From: Candidatus Zixiibacteriota bacterium | GTDB lineage: Bacteria > Zixibacteria > MSB-5A5 > SM1-73 | Direction: 5' to 3' | Assembly (NCBI GenBank): GCA_049694315.1 | Contig: JBAVQU010000061.1 | Span: 38,796-102,795, forward strand | Length of the DNA stretch: 64,000 nucleotides | Shown here: in pieces, positions 9,832 through 18,349 of the stretch | Position numbering within the stretch: position 1 is the first letter of the stretch | Layout: each line of letters begins with the position of its first letter | Position numbers and translations under genes: made by a program | The notes under the pieces: model-generated | The model's input: only the letters and a program-made list of their open reading frames with translations | Told to the model about the DNA's origin: nothing | The model's database searches: none

Positions 9832-11535
9832 TCATTGACTGACGGCCAACTCCTTCTCATCTTTGATCTTGCAGACGACTTCTTCGGCGGAGACAGGCAG
9901 GATCACGGTGAAGACGGATCCCTGATTTCGTTTGCTTTCCACCTCGATTTCTCCGCCGTGATTCTTGACCAGTCCGTAGCTCACCGAGAGACCGAGACCG
10001 GTCCCTTCTCCCACCCTCTTGGTGGTGAAAAAGGGTTCAAATATCTTGCCCACGTTCTCCTCTGGAATGCCCACTCCGGTATCGGCAAAGGATACTTCCA
10101 CTGCCCGCCGGTCTTCGCGCACTCGGCTGGTGATGGTCAATGTTCCTCCGCCGGGCATGGCCTGGAGAGCATTCAAGATGAGATTGGTGAAGATCTGCTG
10201 CAGTTCGCTGGGATGTCCGTTGATCAAAGGCAGGGAATCGGCCAAGCTCTGCACCAGAGTCACGTTGCCTTTCTCGATCTGATGTTTGGTAAAAACCAGT
10301 GTCTCCTTGATAACCGAGCTTAGGTCGGTTGGCTCGGACTCTTCCTTGCGTGACGCCCGGCTGAATTTCAGAAGACTCTGAATGATGCTCCGGCATCTTT
10401 TGGTTTGCTCTTCTATGTCCGTCAAGAACTGGAGGAAGCTCGTATGATCCTCCTGGCTGAATTGAGAGATCGGCTTCTGGTTGATCTTCTCCAAAGCAAA
10501 TTGCGAGTATCCCAAAATCCCCCCCAGGGGGTTGTTTAGCTCGTGCGCCACTCCGGCAGCCAGCTGGCCCACCGCCGCCATCTTCTCCACCTGAATCAAT
10601 TGGGACTGGGTTTGCTTAAGGATCTTCATGGCCTTCTCCAGTTCCCGATTGCTCTTCTCCAGTTCGGCGGTTCTCTCCTTGACCTTGTTTTCCAGGGTTC
10701 GGTTGTACCTTTCGATCTCCTCTCTGGATTCTTTTAATGACGTGATCATCCGATTGAAGGAGTCCGCCAGCTTTCCTATCTCGTCTTTGGCGGCGACGCG
10801 GACCATCTGACTAAGGTCTCCGCTGGCCACCCTTTCCGTGGCCTGAACCAGTTTTCGAACGGGCCGTACGAAGATGTTCACCAGGAAGATGGTGAGCAAA
10901 ACACCCACTGCCACCACCAGCGTGGTCAAAAGGATGACGATTCTTTTCATGTCCGCGATTTCCTTGCGCATATGCTGCAGGAACAGCCCGATGTGAGCGA
11001 CGCCGATTCTCTCCTCTCTCGTGACCAAATCCTTCTTGTCTTCCAGTATCAGACCCAATTCCTCTTTGGATCTCTCTACTCGGGTGGTTTTGATCGGATA
11101 GCTGAAGTCGCAGAACTCCTCCCCTTTGACCGCAAAGTGCCTCTCGCAGGGTTTTCCTTCTCCGAAGGTCTGTTGCATCACGGATAGCCTTCCGGTGCAA
11201 AAGACGTAATCTTTGGCGGTTCGGTCCCACTCGGCCAGAACGTTTCCTATCCGATCCTGAACCACGACGTATTCCACGTCCTCCTCCTGAGAAAGACCCT
11301 TCATCAGGTTGAGAAGCAGCGTTCTGTTCTCGACCAGCACCCCGTATTCGCTGTTGAAAGCCAAATTCCTGACCAATGACTCCGCTCTTTTCCCTAGCTC
11401 CCTCTCAATCAGAAGACTTTGTCTTCTGATCAGGAAGCCACAAAGGAGGAATGAGGTGATCAATATCAGAAGGGAAATCATCAGAACGAACTTGGTCTTC
11501 AGTCCCAAACGGATTCCAGGTAAGAGAGTCCTCAT
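9832..11535 (-). CDS. Membrane sensor histidine kinase (two TM segments, HAMP, HisKA, HATPase_c)
   Basis: It has N-terminal TM helices and a HAMP-like segment. The H-box reads 'HELNNPLGGILGYSQ'. The G-box reads 'GTGLGLSVSYGLVKNHGG'. Confidence 0.85.
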   Translation of the reverse strand: MRTLLPGIRLGLKTKFVLMISLLILITSFLLCGFLIRRQSLLIERELGKRAESLVRNLAFNSEYGVLVENRTLLLNLMKGLSQEEDVEYVVVQDRIGNVLAEWDRTAKDYVFCTGRLSVMQQTFGEGKPCERHFAVKGEEFCDFSYPIKTTRVERSKEELGLILEDKKDLVTREERIGVAHIGLFLQHMRKEIADMKRIVILLTTLVVAVGVLLTIFLVNIFVRPVRKLVQATERVASGDLSQMVRVAAKDEIGKLADSFNRMITSLKESREEIERYNRTLENKVKERTAELEKSNRELEKAMKILKQTQSQLIQVEKMAAVGQLAAGVAHELNNPLGGILGYSQFALEKINQKPISQFSQEDHTSFLQFLTDIEEQTKRCRSIIQSLLKFSRASRKEESEPTDLSSVIKETLVFTKHQIEKGNVTLVQSLADSLPLINGHPSELQQIFTNLILNALQAMPGGGTLTITSRVREDRRAVEVSFADTGVGIPEENVGKIFEPFFTTKRVGEGTGLGLSVSYGLVKNHGGEIEVESKRNQGSVFTVILPVSAEEVVCKIKDEKELAVSQ

Positions 11536-12479
11536 TGGTAGACCTCCTTTGCCACACTGACAATGTGAGGAGGGATCTTCAAGTTGATTTGTTCGGCGGT
11601 CCTCAAGTTCAGTATCAAGTAAATCATCCGGGGTATGGTCAAGGGAATCTGCTTGGGATCCTCGCCGGAAAGCACCCTCAAGGCCAACTCACCGGATTGC
11701 CTTCCGACGTCCTTGTCATCCCAGGCTAAGGTGAACAACGCCCCCCCCTTGACGAAGGCGGGAGAAAGTCCCATGAAGGGAATGCCGTTGCGCAGGGTGT
11801 GAAGCAGCAAGTATTGGGTCGACTGGGGAGTGAATATGATGGTGTCTGCTACCGCCCAAAGACCCTCTGTTTTCTTCCCCAGGTTCTCTATGGCCGGAGG
11901 GATCTCCTTTTCTGAAGAGATGACCACGGGAACCAGCTCCAGGCCGATCTCGTCACAAACCCTTCGAGCCTCCGCCACCAGCGGTTCGGAATCCCGGGTA
12001 TAGAGCACCCCCAACCTTCGTAATCCGGGAACGATAAGCTTGAATTTCTCTAACTGTGTTTTTATCGGGATATCCAAAGACGCTCCGGTCAGGTTGCTCC
12101 CGGAGGACCACATGCTCTGGGCAAATCCACTGGAGATCGGATTCAGCACCGCAGAAAAAACTATGGGGATGTTCTTGATTTCCTTTGAGATTAGGGAAGT
12201 GGCCCTGGAGCCTATGGTGATGATCAGTTCTGGATTAAGCTCTCTGATCTTCTGGATGATCTGTTCCTCATCCGGGGTGCCGGCGGAGAGGTCATATTCA
12301 ATGAAAACCGGAAGGATGTCGCCTTTTCTGATCTCCTTCTTCACGCCCTCGGTGGCCGCTCGGAAAGAGGGCGAATCACTGCTTTTTACGATGACTATCC
12401 TTTTTTCCGCAGAAAAGGCCACCCCCTGAAAAAGGAGCAGAGTCAAAATCCACGGAAACAGCTTTCGCCAGAATGTCAT
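11532..12479 (-). CDS. Periplasmic substrate-binding-like protein (COG2984-type ABC-transporter periplasmic component associated with two-component systems)
   Basis: It has a signal peptide and a sugar-binding-fold-like repeated beta-alpha pattern. Its stop overlaps the downstream kinase start in an ATGA arrangement, indicating translational coupling. Confidence 0.55.
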   Translation of the reverse strand: MTFWRKLFPWILTLLLFQGVAFSAEKRIVIVKSSDSPSFRAATEGVKKEIRKGDILPVFIEYDLSAGTPDEEQIIQKIRELNPELIITIGSRATSLISKEIKNIPIVFSAVLNPISSGFAQSMWSSGSNLTGASLDIPIKTQLEKFKLIVPGLRRLGVLYTRDSEPLVAEARRVCDEIGLELVPVVISSEKEIPPAIENLGKKTEGLWAVADTIIFTPQSTQYLLLHTLRNGIPFMGLSPAFVKGGALFTLAWDDKDVGRQSGELALRVLSGEDPKQIPLTIPRMIYLILNLRTAEQINLKIPPHIVSVAKEVYQ

Positions 12480-12980
12480 CCTTTTTGACCGTCCTTCTTT
12501 TTGACCAAAGAGGGCGTCCCCATCCTGATAGCTTGGTATTGATTGTTATCGACTCCGTTTTCTACTTCTTCACCCAATTCTGTGCTAATATCCTTCCGTC
12601 ATGGCGACGCATGCATTTGGTTATCCTGCGCAGGTTAAGCGTCCCGTTATCCGGCAACCATCTCTGCCGCCGATCAAGTGACACCGGTGCAGACTGGATT
12701 GGACTCAGCGTGCCCAAATGGGACTGCGCTTTCTACCCCATCGTCCGATAAAGAGAGTGGAGGGTCTGAGAAGAAAGAAGGATAAGGAAAGAAGAGTTGG
12801 ATCAGCCGAAACCGTAGGTAACATAGAAACAGAGTCTCGGATCGGTGAACTGAACAACACTCCCTTGCTCAGGTGGCGATGGATGAAGGAATATCTTCGA
12901 TATCAGGAATATCCCAGGTCCTGGAAACCTGTGGGATTCAGAATCCTTCGGTCTGGGATCTAGTCAAGCCGGGAGGCATT

Positions 12981-13631
12981 TTGCTCAAGTTAGACCAGGT
13001 CACGAAGGTCTTTGGACCAAGCATTGTCGCGCTTGACCATGTCAGCTTTCAGATGGAAAGAGGAGATTTCTGCTTCCTGCTTGGTCCCAACGGATCGGGA
13101 AAAACCACCTTCTTGAAGCTCCCGACCTTGGAGGAAAGACCCTCCGAAGGAGAGGTGGTATGCCATGGATTCAGCAGCCGCACCATAGGAAAGAGACAGA
13201 TACCGCATCTCCGACGGAAGCTCGGATGGATCTCTCCGGAATTTCCCTTGATGGATGATATGGACGTCTTCGATAACGTGGCACTGAGTCTGCGGATTCT
13301 GAGCAAACGGGAAGCCCAGATAAAACGTCAGGTGGGGCAGGTTCTGGAAATGGTAGGGCTGGGCGGCAAGGGCAAGATCCTCCCCGGCAGCCTTTCCTCA
13401 GGAGACAAACAGAAAGCTGCCATCGCTCGCGCCGTGGTCCGGAGTCCCTGGCTCTTGCTGGCAGATGAACCCACGACGGGTCTTGATCAGACTAACGCTG
13501 ACGAGATTTTGGGGTTGTTTAAGAAGATAAACCTTCTCGGGACCGGAGTTCTGGTGGCCACCCAAGACTCCCGCCTGTGCCCGCAGAACGGAGCCAGGAT
13601 TGTCAAAATCGACAAAGGAAGACTCCTTTAG
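12981..13631 (+). CDS. ftsE: Cell-division ABC ATPase FtsE
   Basis: The Walker A motif is 'GPNGSGKTT' and the ABC signature is 'LSSGDKQKAAIARA'. The annotated ORF begins at GTG 12873, but the in-frame TTG at 12981 is preceded by a GGGAGG SD and gives a canonical length of about 217 aa. The start is therefore uncertain. Confidence 0.75.
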   Translation: MLKLDQVTKVFGPSIVALDHVSFQMERGDFCFLLGPNGSGKTTFLKLPTLEERPSEGEVVCHGFSSRTIGKRQIPHLRRKLGWISPEFPLMDDMDVFDNVALSLRILSKREAQIKRQVGQVLEMVGLGGKGKILPGSLSSGDKQKAAIARAVVRSPWLLLADEPTTGLDQTNADEILGLFKKINLLGTGVLVATQDSRLCPQNGARIVKIDKGRLL

Positions 13632-13724
13632 TCACTCGCTTAGCTTCTCCGAGGCCTTTTGCGGTCGAAGGCCTGTGCTCCGGCCAAGCCGTCAGAGATT
13701 CATCCTTAAGAGTGGGCGGAATGT

Positions 13725-14585
13725 ATGAGGATCCGCTATTTGATCAGACAATCTGTCAGAGGCCTTTCCCAAAGGTTGGGCTTCAGCTTCCTTCTGCTGG
13801 TCTGCCTTGCCTCCTCCTTCTTGGTAGTCAGCACGTTTCTTTTGATTACCCGGAACCTGAGAAACGCGGCAGAAAAGCTTGGGGGTCAGGTGCAGATTGC
13901 GATTTTCTTGAGTGATGACATTACCCCGGAGCAAACCTCCTCGCTATTTCGAGATTTAAGAAACCTCCCAGAGGTAGAGGCGGTTAACTATAGATCCAAA
14001 GAGGACGCTTTAAGTCGGCTGCGGAATTATCTCGGAAGAGATTGTCTTGAAGAACTGGAATCCAATCCACTGCCTACGTCTTTTGAGCTGGGATTGAAAA
14101 AGGAATTCAGAGGGTTTGAAACGATTGCCCGGATGGCTTCGAAAATCAGGAAGAAGGAGGGGGTGGAGGAGGTGGAATTCGGGGCAGAGTGGCTGAAAAG
14201 ACTGGATCAAGCGGTGCAGAGATTTTCCGTGGTGGATTCTGTCTTCGGCATCTTCCTCATTTTGGCGGTAGGGCTGATCGTGTCCAGCTTCATGCGGGTG
14301 ACGGTCTCCTCCCAGCTAAGGTCCGTTCAGGTGCTGAAGCTCTTGGGAGCCAGCAGAAGAGATATCGTGCTTCCTTTCTTCATGCACGGATCCTTTCTCG
14401 GATTAGGCGGCGCTCTTCTGGGCGTTTTACTCTCCTGGGCTGGCTGCCTGACGTTCTCCATGACGGTGACCCCCGTGGTCTTCTTGCCATTCCCCGTCAT
14501 CTTGGGACTGATCGTTGGTGGAGTGATCTTGGGGGGTGGAGGCAGTTTCATCGCCGCCATCAGATGCCTTCAGCCCGCCCGGTGA
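13725..14585 (+). CDS. ftsX: Cell-division permease FtsX
   Basis: It has four TM helices and a periplasmic loop, and it immediately follows ftsE. Confidence 0.8.
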   Translation: MRIRYLIRQSVRGLSQRLGFSFLLLVCLASSFLVVSTFLLITRNLRNAAEKLGGQVQIAIFLSDDITPEQTSSLFRDLRNLPEVEAVNYRSKEDALSRLRNYLGRDCLEELESNPLPTSFELGLKKEFRGFETIARMASKIRKKEGVEEVEFGAEWLKRLDQAVQRFSVVDSVFGIFLILAVGLIVSSFMRVTVSSQLRSVQVLKLLGASRRDIVLPFFMHGSFLGLGGALLGVLLSWAGCLTFSMTVTPVVFLPFPVILGLIVGGVILGGGGSFIAAIRCLQPAR

Positions 14586-14625
14586 AAAAAGAGGCTCCCA
14601 AAAACCCTCCGTCGGCTTTGGACAA

Positions 14626-15861
14626 ATGAAAAACACTCACTATTCAACCAAGGTCAGCCGGACAATGTCACGGCCATTTTTATTGGTTTTTTCCCTCTGT
14701 TTTTGTATATTTGTCAGCAAGGCACAATCGGATACGTTAGGCATCAATGGCGGAGAGCAAGAAAACCAGTTAAGCAGAATCAAAAACCAGCTGGACCAGA
14801 AGAGAGACTCGATACAAATGCTCAACCAAACGGAAAGGAATACCTTCGAGCAGCTCCTCGACTTGGAAGAAAGGTTGGAGTCAGCCGAGCGACTCAAAAG
14901 AGGGCTGACCAGTGAAGAACGGGATATGGCGCAGGAGTTGCAGACAAAACAAAAGGGTCTGGAGGAAATCGATGTGCGGCTGCATCTTCATGCCGTGACC
15001 TCCCAAAGAAGACTGAAACAGATATATGAACGGGCGAGCTATGATCCCTATGCAGCCTTAGCTGAAACCTCTTCACCCACGGAGTTGGCTCTCCGAGTCA
15101 ATTTCAGCCGGAGGATCGTCAAGCAGGATTTTTCCCGTTTGCAGGACACCAGGAGTTCAAGAGAGGAACTGGAAACCAAGCAGCAGTATCTGACCGGCGC
15201 CCAGAGCCGGCTGGCGTGGCTAAAGGGAAGAAAAGCTGAAGAGGAAAGGGTGTATCAAGAAGAGCTTAACCGCAAAGAAGCTGCACTAAAACAGATCCGG
15301 TTGGAAAGAAAACTTTATGCTCAGGCCATGGCACAACTCGAACAGGACGCTATCAAGCTGGAGAGCATTTTGGCCGAGGTCAACCAGCAAAACCCCAACG
15401 GGTTCCGGTCCGGTACGGACGAAAACGGCGGGACCACCGCCCAGCCAGCCGACGGACTCTTTGCCATCTCAAAAGGAAAGCTGCCCTGGCCGGTTCGTGG
15501 AAAGGTAGTCTCTTTTTTCGGTGAACACCCGGACGCCCAATCTCATGCTGAAGTAAGGAACCCGGGAATAGACATAGCGGCGGAGCCAGGGACGGAGGTG
15601 CTGGCCGTGGCCGACGGAAGAGTGGTCTACTCCTCGCGATTGAGGGGGTACGGAGACTTCGTGATCATAGAACATGAGGGAGGATACTATACGCTTTACG
15701 CCCGCCTTTCCCAGATCTCGGTCACGCTTAACCAGGAGATAGACAGGCTTCAGGTGATTGGGGTGCTGGGAGAAAGCGAACCTTTCTTTGGCTCGTCCTT
15801 GCATTTCGAAATCAGAGATGGAAAGACAGCGCAGGACCCCCTGAAGTGGCTCAGACCATGA
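14626..15861 (+). CDS. envC: EnvC-like murein hydrolase activator: coiled coil plus a C-terminal M23/LytM peptidase domain
   Basis: The start was moved to ATG 14626, which gives a signal peptide. A long coiled coil is followed by the LytM motif 'GIDIAAEPGTEVLAVADGRVVYSSRLRGYGDFVIIEH'. It follows ftsEX. Confidence 0.75.
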   Translation: MKNTHYSTKVSRTMSRPFLLVFSLCFCIFVSKAQSDTLGINGGEQENQLSRIKNQLDQKRDSIQMLNQTERNTFEQLLDLEERLESAERLKRGLTSEERDMAQELQTKQKGLEEIDVRLHLHAVTSQRRLKQIYERASYDPYAALAETSSPTELALRVNFSRRIVKQDFSRLQDTRSSREELETKQQYLTGAQSRLAWLKGRKAEEERVYQEELNRKEAALKQIRLERKLYAQAMAQLEQDAIKLESILAEVNQQNPNGFRSGTDENGGTTAQPADGLFAISKGKLPWPVRGKVVSFFGEHPDAQSHAEVRNPGIDIAAEPGTEVLAVADGRVVYSSRLRGYGDFVIIEHEGGYYTLYARLSQISVTLNQEIDRLQVIGVLGESEPFFGSSLHFEIRDGKTAQDPLKWLRP

Positions 15862-16961
15862 CTTTCAATCGAGTATTAGACCAGCAAATCCCCAAAAGAA
15901 TTCTCTCCGGAGCTTTGAGAAGAAATCTCTTGGCCTCGGCTTATCTTTTTTACGGGGATCAGGGAACGGGCAAGTGGATCATGGCCCTGGAGCTGGCCAA
16001 GGCGATCAATTGCGAGAAAGGCGAAAGCCAGGCATGCGATGTCTGCTCCTCCTGCCGGAAGATCGACAAGCTCATCCACCCGGACGTGAAAATGCTCTTT
16101 CCTCTTCCATCTGCCAAGTCTGAGGAGAAGTCGCGCGAAGACATGGAGAGATTCAAGTCCCTAAAGAAGCAAGACCCCTATGTCATCGTCAAATTCGAGA
16201 AGGGCGTCAACATACCGGTGGAGCAAATCAGGGCCATGCAGCGGGATATCAGTCTAAAGCCCTTTGAAGGGAGGAGGAAGGTGGTCATCATAAGTGAGGC
16301 AGAGCACATGCACGTCTCTTCCGCCAATTCCCTTCTGAAGACCTTGGAGGAGCCGCCGGCGGATGCCACCATAATTTTGACCACCAACGATTTGAACCGG
16401 CTGCTTCCCACGGTAGTCTCGCGCTGTCAACAGATAAGATTCGCCAAGATACCTCAGAAGCTGATTGAAGAAAAGCTGGTGGCAGTCTGCCAGGTGGACC
16501 AGGAAAAAGCATCGTACTTTGCCAGACTGGCTGGCGGAAGCTACGGAAGAGCTTTGGATTTCCTGCGAGGCGAGAAACAGGATATTCGGGGGGAGGCTTT
16601 CGGTCTCTTGCAGGTGGGCACCGAGGGCACCACCGGTCAGATTGTCCGGACGGTAAACCAGATCTTTTACCAATGGGACCGAAACTCGATTTTGGAGATG
16701 CTCGAATGCCTTACTGCCGTTCTAAGAGACGTTTGTTTCACTATGGAGGGACTCAACCGGCTGATCAATTCCGATATGAAACCCCTGGTGGTCAAACTGT
16801 CGGAAAAGTTTGAGCGTCAAAATAAGGTTGAGACTGCTTTCCGCATGATTGATCAGATCCGGGTCGACTGTGAGACTCGGAACGCCAGCCCCAAGCTGGC
16901 CCTTTTGACCCTGTGTCTGAAGCTGAAGGATCTGTCGAAAAGAGAAGCAGTTGCCATTTGA
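15858..16961 (+). CDS. holB: DNA polymerase III delta' subunit
   Basis: It carries 'AYLFYGDQGTGKWIMALELAKAINCE...CDVCSSCRKIDKLIHPD'. Its ATG at 15858 overlaps the envC stop in an ATGA arrangement. Confidence 0.8.
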   Translation: MTFNRVLDQQIPKRILSGALRRNLLASAYLFYGDQGTGKWIMALELAKAINCEKGESQACDVCSSCRKIDKLIHPDVKMLFPLPSAKSEEKSREDMERFKSLKKQDPYVIVKFEKGVNIPVEQIRAMQRDISLKPFEGRRKVVIISEAEHMHVSSANSLLKTLEEPPADATIILTTNDLNRLLPTVVSRCQQIRFAKIPQKLIEEKLVAVCQVDQEKASYFARLAGGSYGRALDFLRGEKQDIRGEAFGLLQVGTEGTTGQIVRTVNQIFYQWDRNSILEMLECLTAVLRDVCFTMEGLNRLINSDMKPLVVKLSEKFERQNKVETAFRMIDQIRVDCETRNASPKLALLTLCLKLKDLSKREAVAI

Positions 16962-17014
16962 TTGAAGTTCTTGCCGCAGGTCTGTACTTCCTGCAATAAA
17001 CAAAGGAGTAACCA

Positions 17015-17866
17015 GTGGCTGAGGTATATTTGGTGGAATTCAAGGGATCGCGCAAAGAGTATTTTGCCAATCCGGATTGTTTGAGCATAAGGCCGGGAGA
17101 CTGGGTCATCGTCAAGGCTGAGAGGGGCGAGGATATGGGAAAGGTCACCAAGAAAACCGACTCGCAGATGGCGGAGTTGGAGGAGAAACCGGACAACATC
17201 TTGCGCCTGGCTACCAGGGAGGACTTAAGCAGAGTCCAGGCCAACCGGGAAAAAGAGAAAGAGTGCGTGAAGCAGTGTGAGAAGATGATCGCCGACAGGA
17301 ACCTGCAGATGAAACTGGTTGATGCCGAGCTCCAGTTCGACAATAACAAGATCACCTTCTTCTTCACCGCCGAAAAGAGGGTGGATTTTCGGGAATTGGT
17401 TAAGGAGCTGGCGTCTACTTACAAGACCAGAATTGAGCTGAGGCAGATCGGGGTGAGAGATGAGGCTCGAAGAATCGGGGGGTTTGGAGTGTGTGGATTG
17501 GGACTCTGCTGTACCTCCTTTCTTCGGGAATTTGAGCCGATCTCCACGCAGCTTGCCAGGGAACAGAATCTCTCGCTCAACCCGGCCAAGATCTCCGGCA
17601 ACTGCGGAAGACTCCTCTGTTGTCTCCGGTATGAGAAAGAGCTTTACGAGAAGAGCCTGCCTCTATACCCTAAGCTGGGAGACAAACTCCAGACTGACAA
17701 GGGCGAAGGAGTGGTGGACAAAATCAATATCTTCAAAGAGTACATCCAGGTGAAACACGAAGCAGGCGAGGAGGAGAAGATCACGCTGGCGGAATTAAGA
17801 AAAAAGGAGAGGAAGAAAACGCGACAGACGGGTAAAACGATGAATCGGAGAAGCCCTAATCACTGA
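17015..17866 (+). CDS. ricT: PSP1 C-terminal domain protein (YaaT/RicT-like)
   Basis: It has the conserved cysteine-rich 'GVCGLGLCC...GNCGRLLCCLRYE' region. It follows holB as in Bacillus. It starts on GTG with an AAGGAG SD. Confidence 0.7.
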   Translation: MAEVYLVEFKGSRKEYFANPDCLSIRPGDWVIVKAERGEDMGKVTKKTDSQMAELEEKPDNILRLATREDLSRVQANREKEKECVKQCEKMIADRNLQMKLVDAELQFDNNKITFFFTAEKRVDFRELVKELASTYKTRIELRQIGVRDEARRIGGFGVCGLGLCCTSFLREFEPISTQLAREQNLSLNPAKISGNCGRLLCCLRYEKELYEKSLPLYPKLGDKLQTDKGEGVVDKINIFKEYIQVKHEAGEEEKITLAELRKKERKKTRQTGKTMNRRSPNH

Positions 17867-18349
17867 CCCAGAGTCATCGACTCACCGGAGGGTAGTTGGG
17901 ATCTGGTCCCGGCTTTTGATGTTAAAGGATCACGTTACCGGTTACGAGCAAGTGCCTTTGTGACTTTATATTACAAGCACACCCAAATTCCAGAGGCGTA
18001 GTCCCCATCCTGCCACATACCAAAAGAGCTAACGACATCGGGACCCGGACGGTGATGCCGGATAGAATACCAGCTTAGAGGAGAATGGACTCTTGCCGCT
18101 GCGGGTGAAGATGAATGCTCGCCGACACCGGACGGTGATTGATCTGCCGACGGAATTGCTCATCCGTCCTACTACCTTGCAGGACAGCACTTCAAGATGA
18201 CCTGACCGGCTTGGCGCAAGCAACATGCCGATGTCCGAGAGAGGGAACGCCAGAGAGGCGTTTGGGTCCGCCATCCGGTCTATGCGTCGCCGCCCGATTG
18301 AGCTAGGTGATTTGCAGGATGTCTTCAGTTTCCAGATAAGGAGGAGAAA

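Noticed and set aside
16254-16673. A 139-aa minus-strand ORF and neighbouring ORFs inside holB
   Set aside because: They are antisense shadow ORFs within a confidently identified holB.
18046-18139. A 12-nt direct repeat CCGGACGGTGAT, considered as a possible CRISPR or RNase P signature
   Set aside because: There are only two copies with an 82-nt spacer and no further repeats, so it is not an array. The reverse complement GTCCGGGTCCC only partly resembles the RNase P P4 'GTCCGGGCTCC'. The 3' P4 strand and other conserved regions were not found.
18181-18240. A minus-strand 'GGTCAGGTC...GAAG..CAAGG' stretch reminiscent of SRP RNA domain IV
   Set aside because: It lacks the GGAA tetraloop and the symmetric-loop consensus 'CCGGAAGGAAGCAGC'. 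The resemblance is limited to 9 nt.
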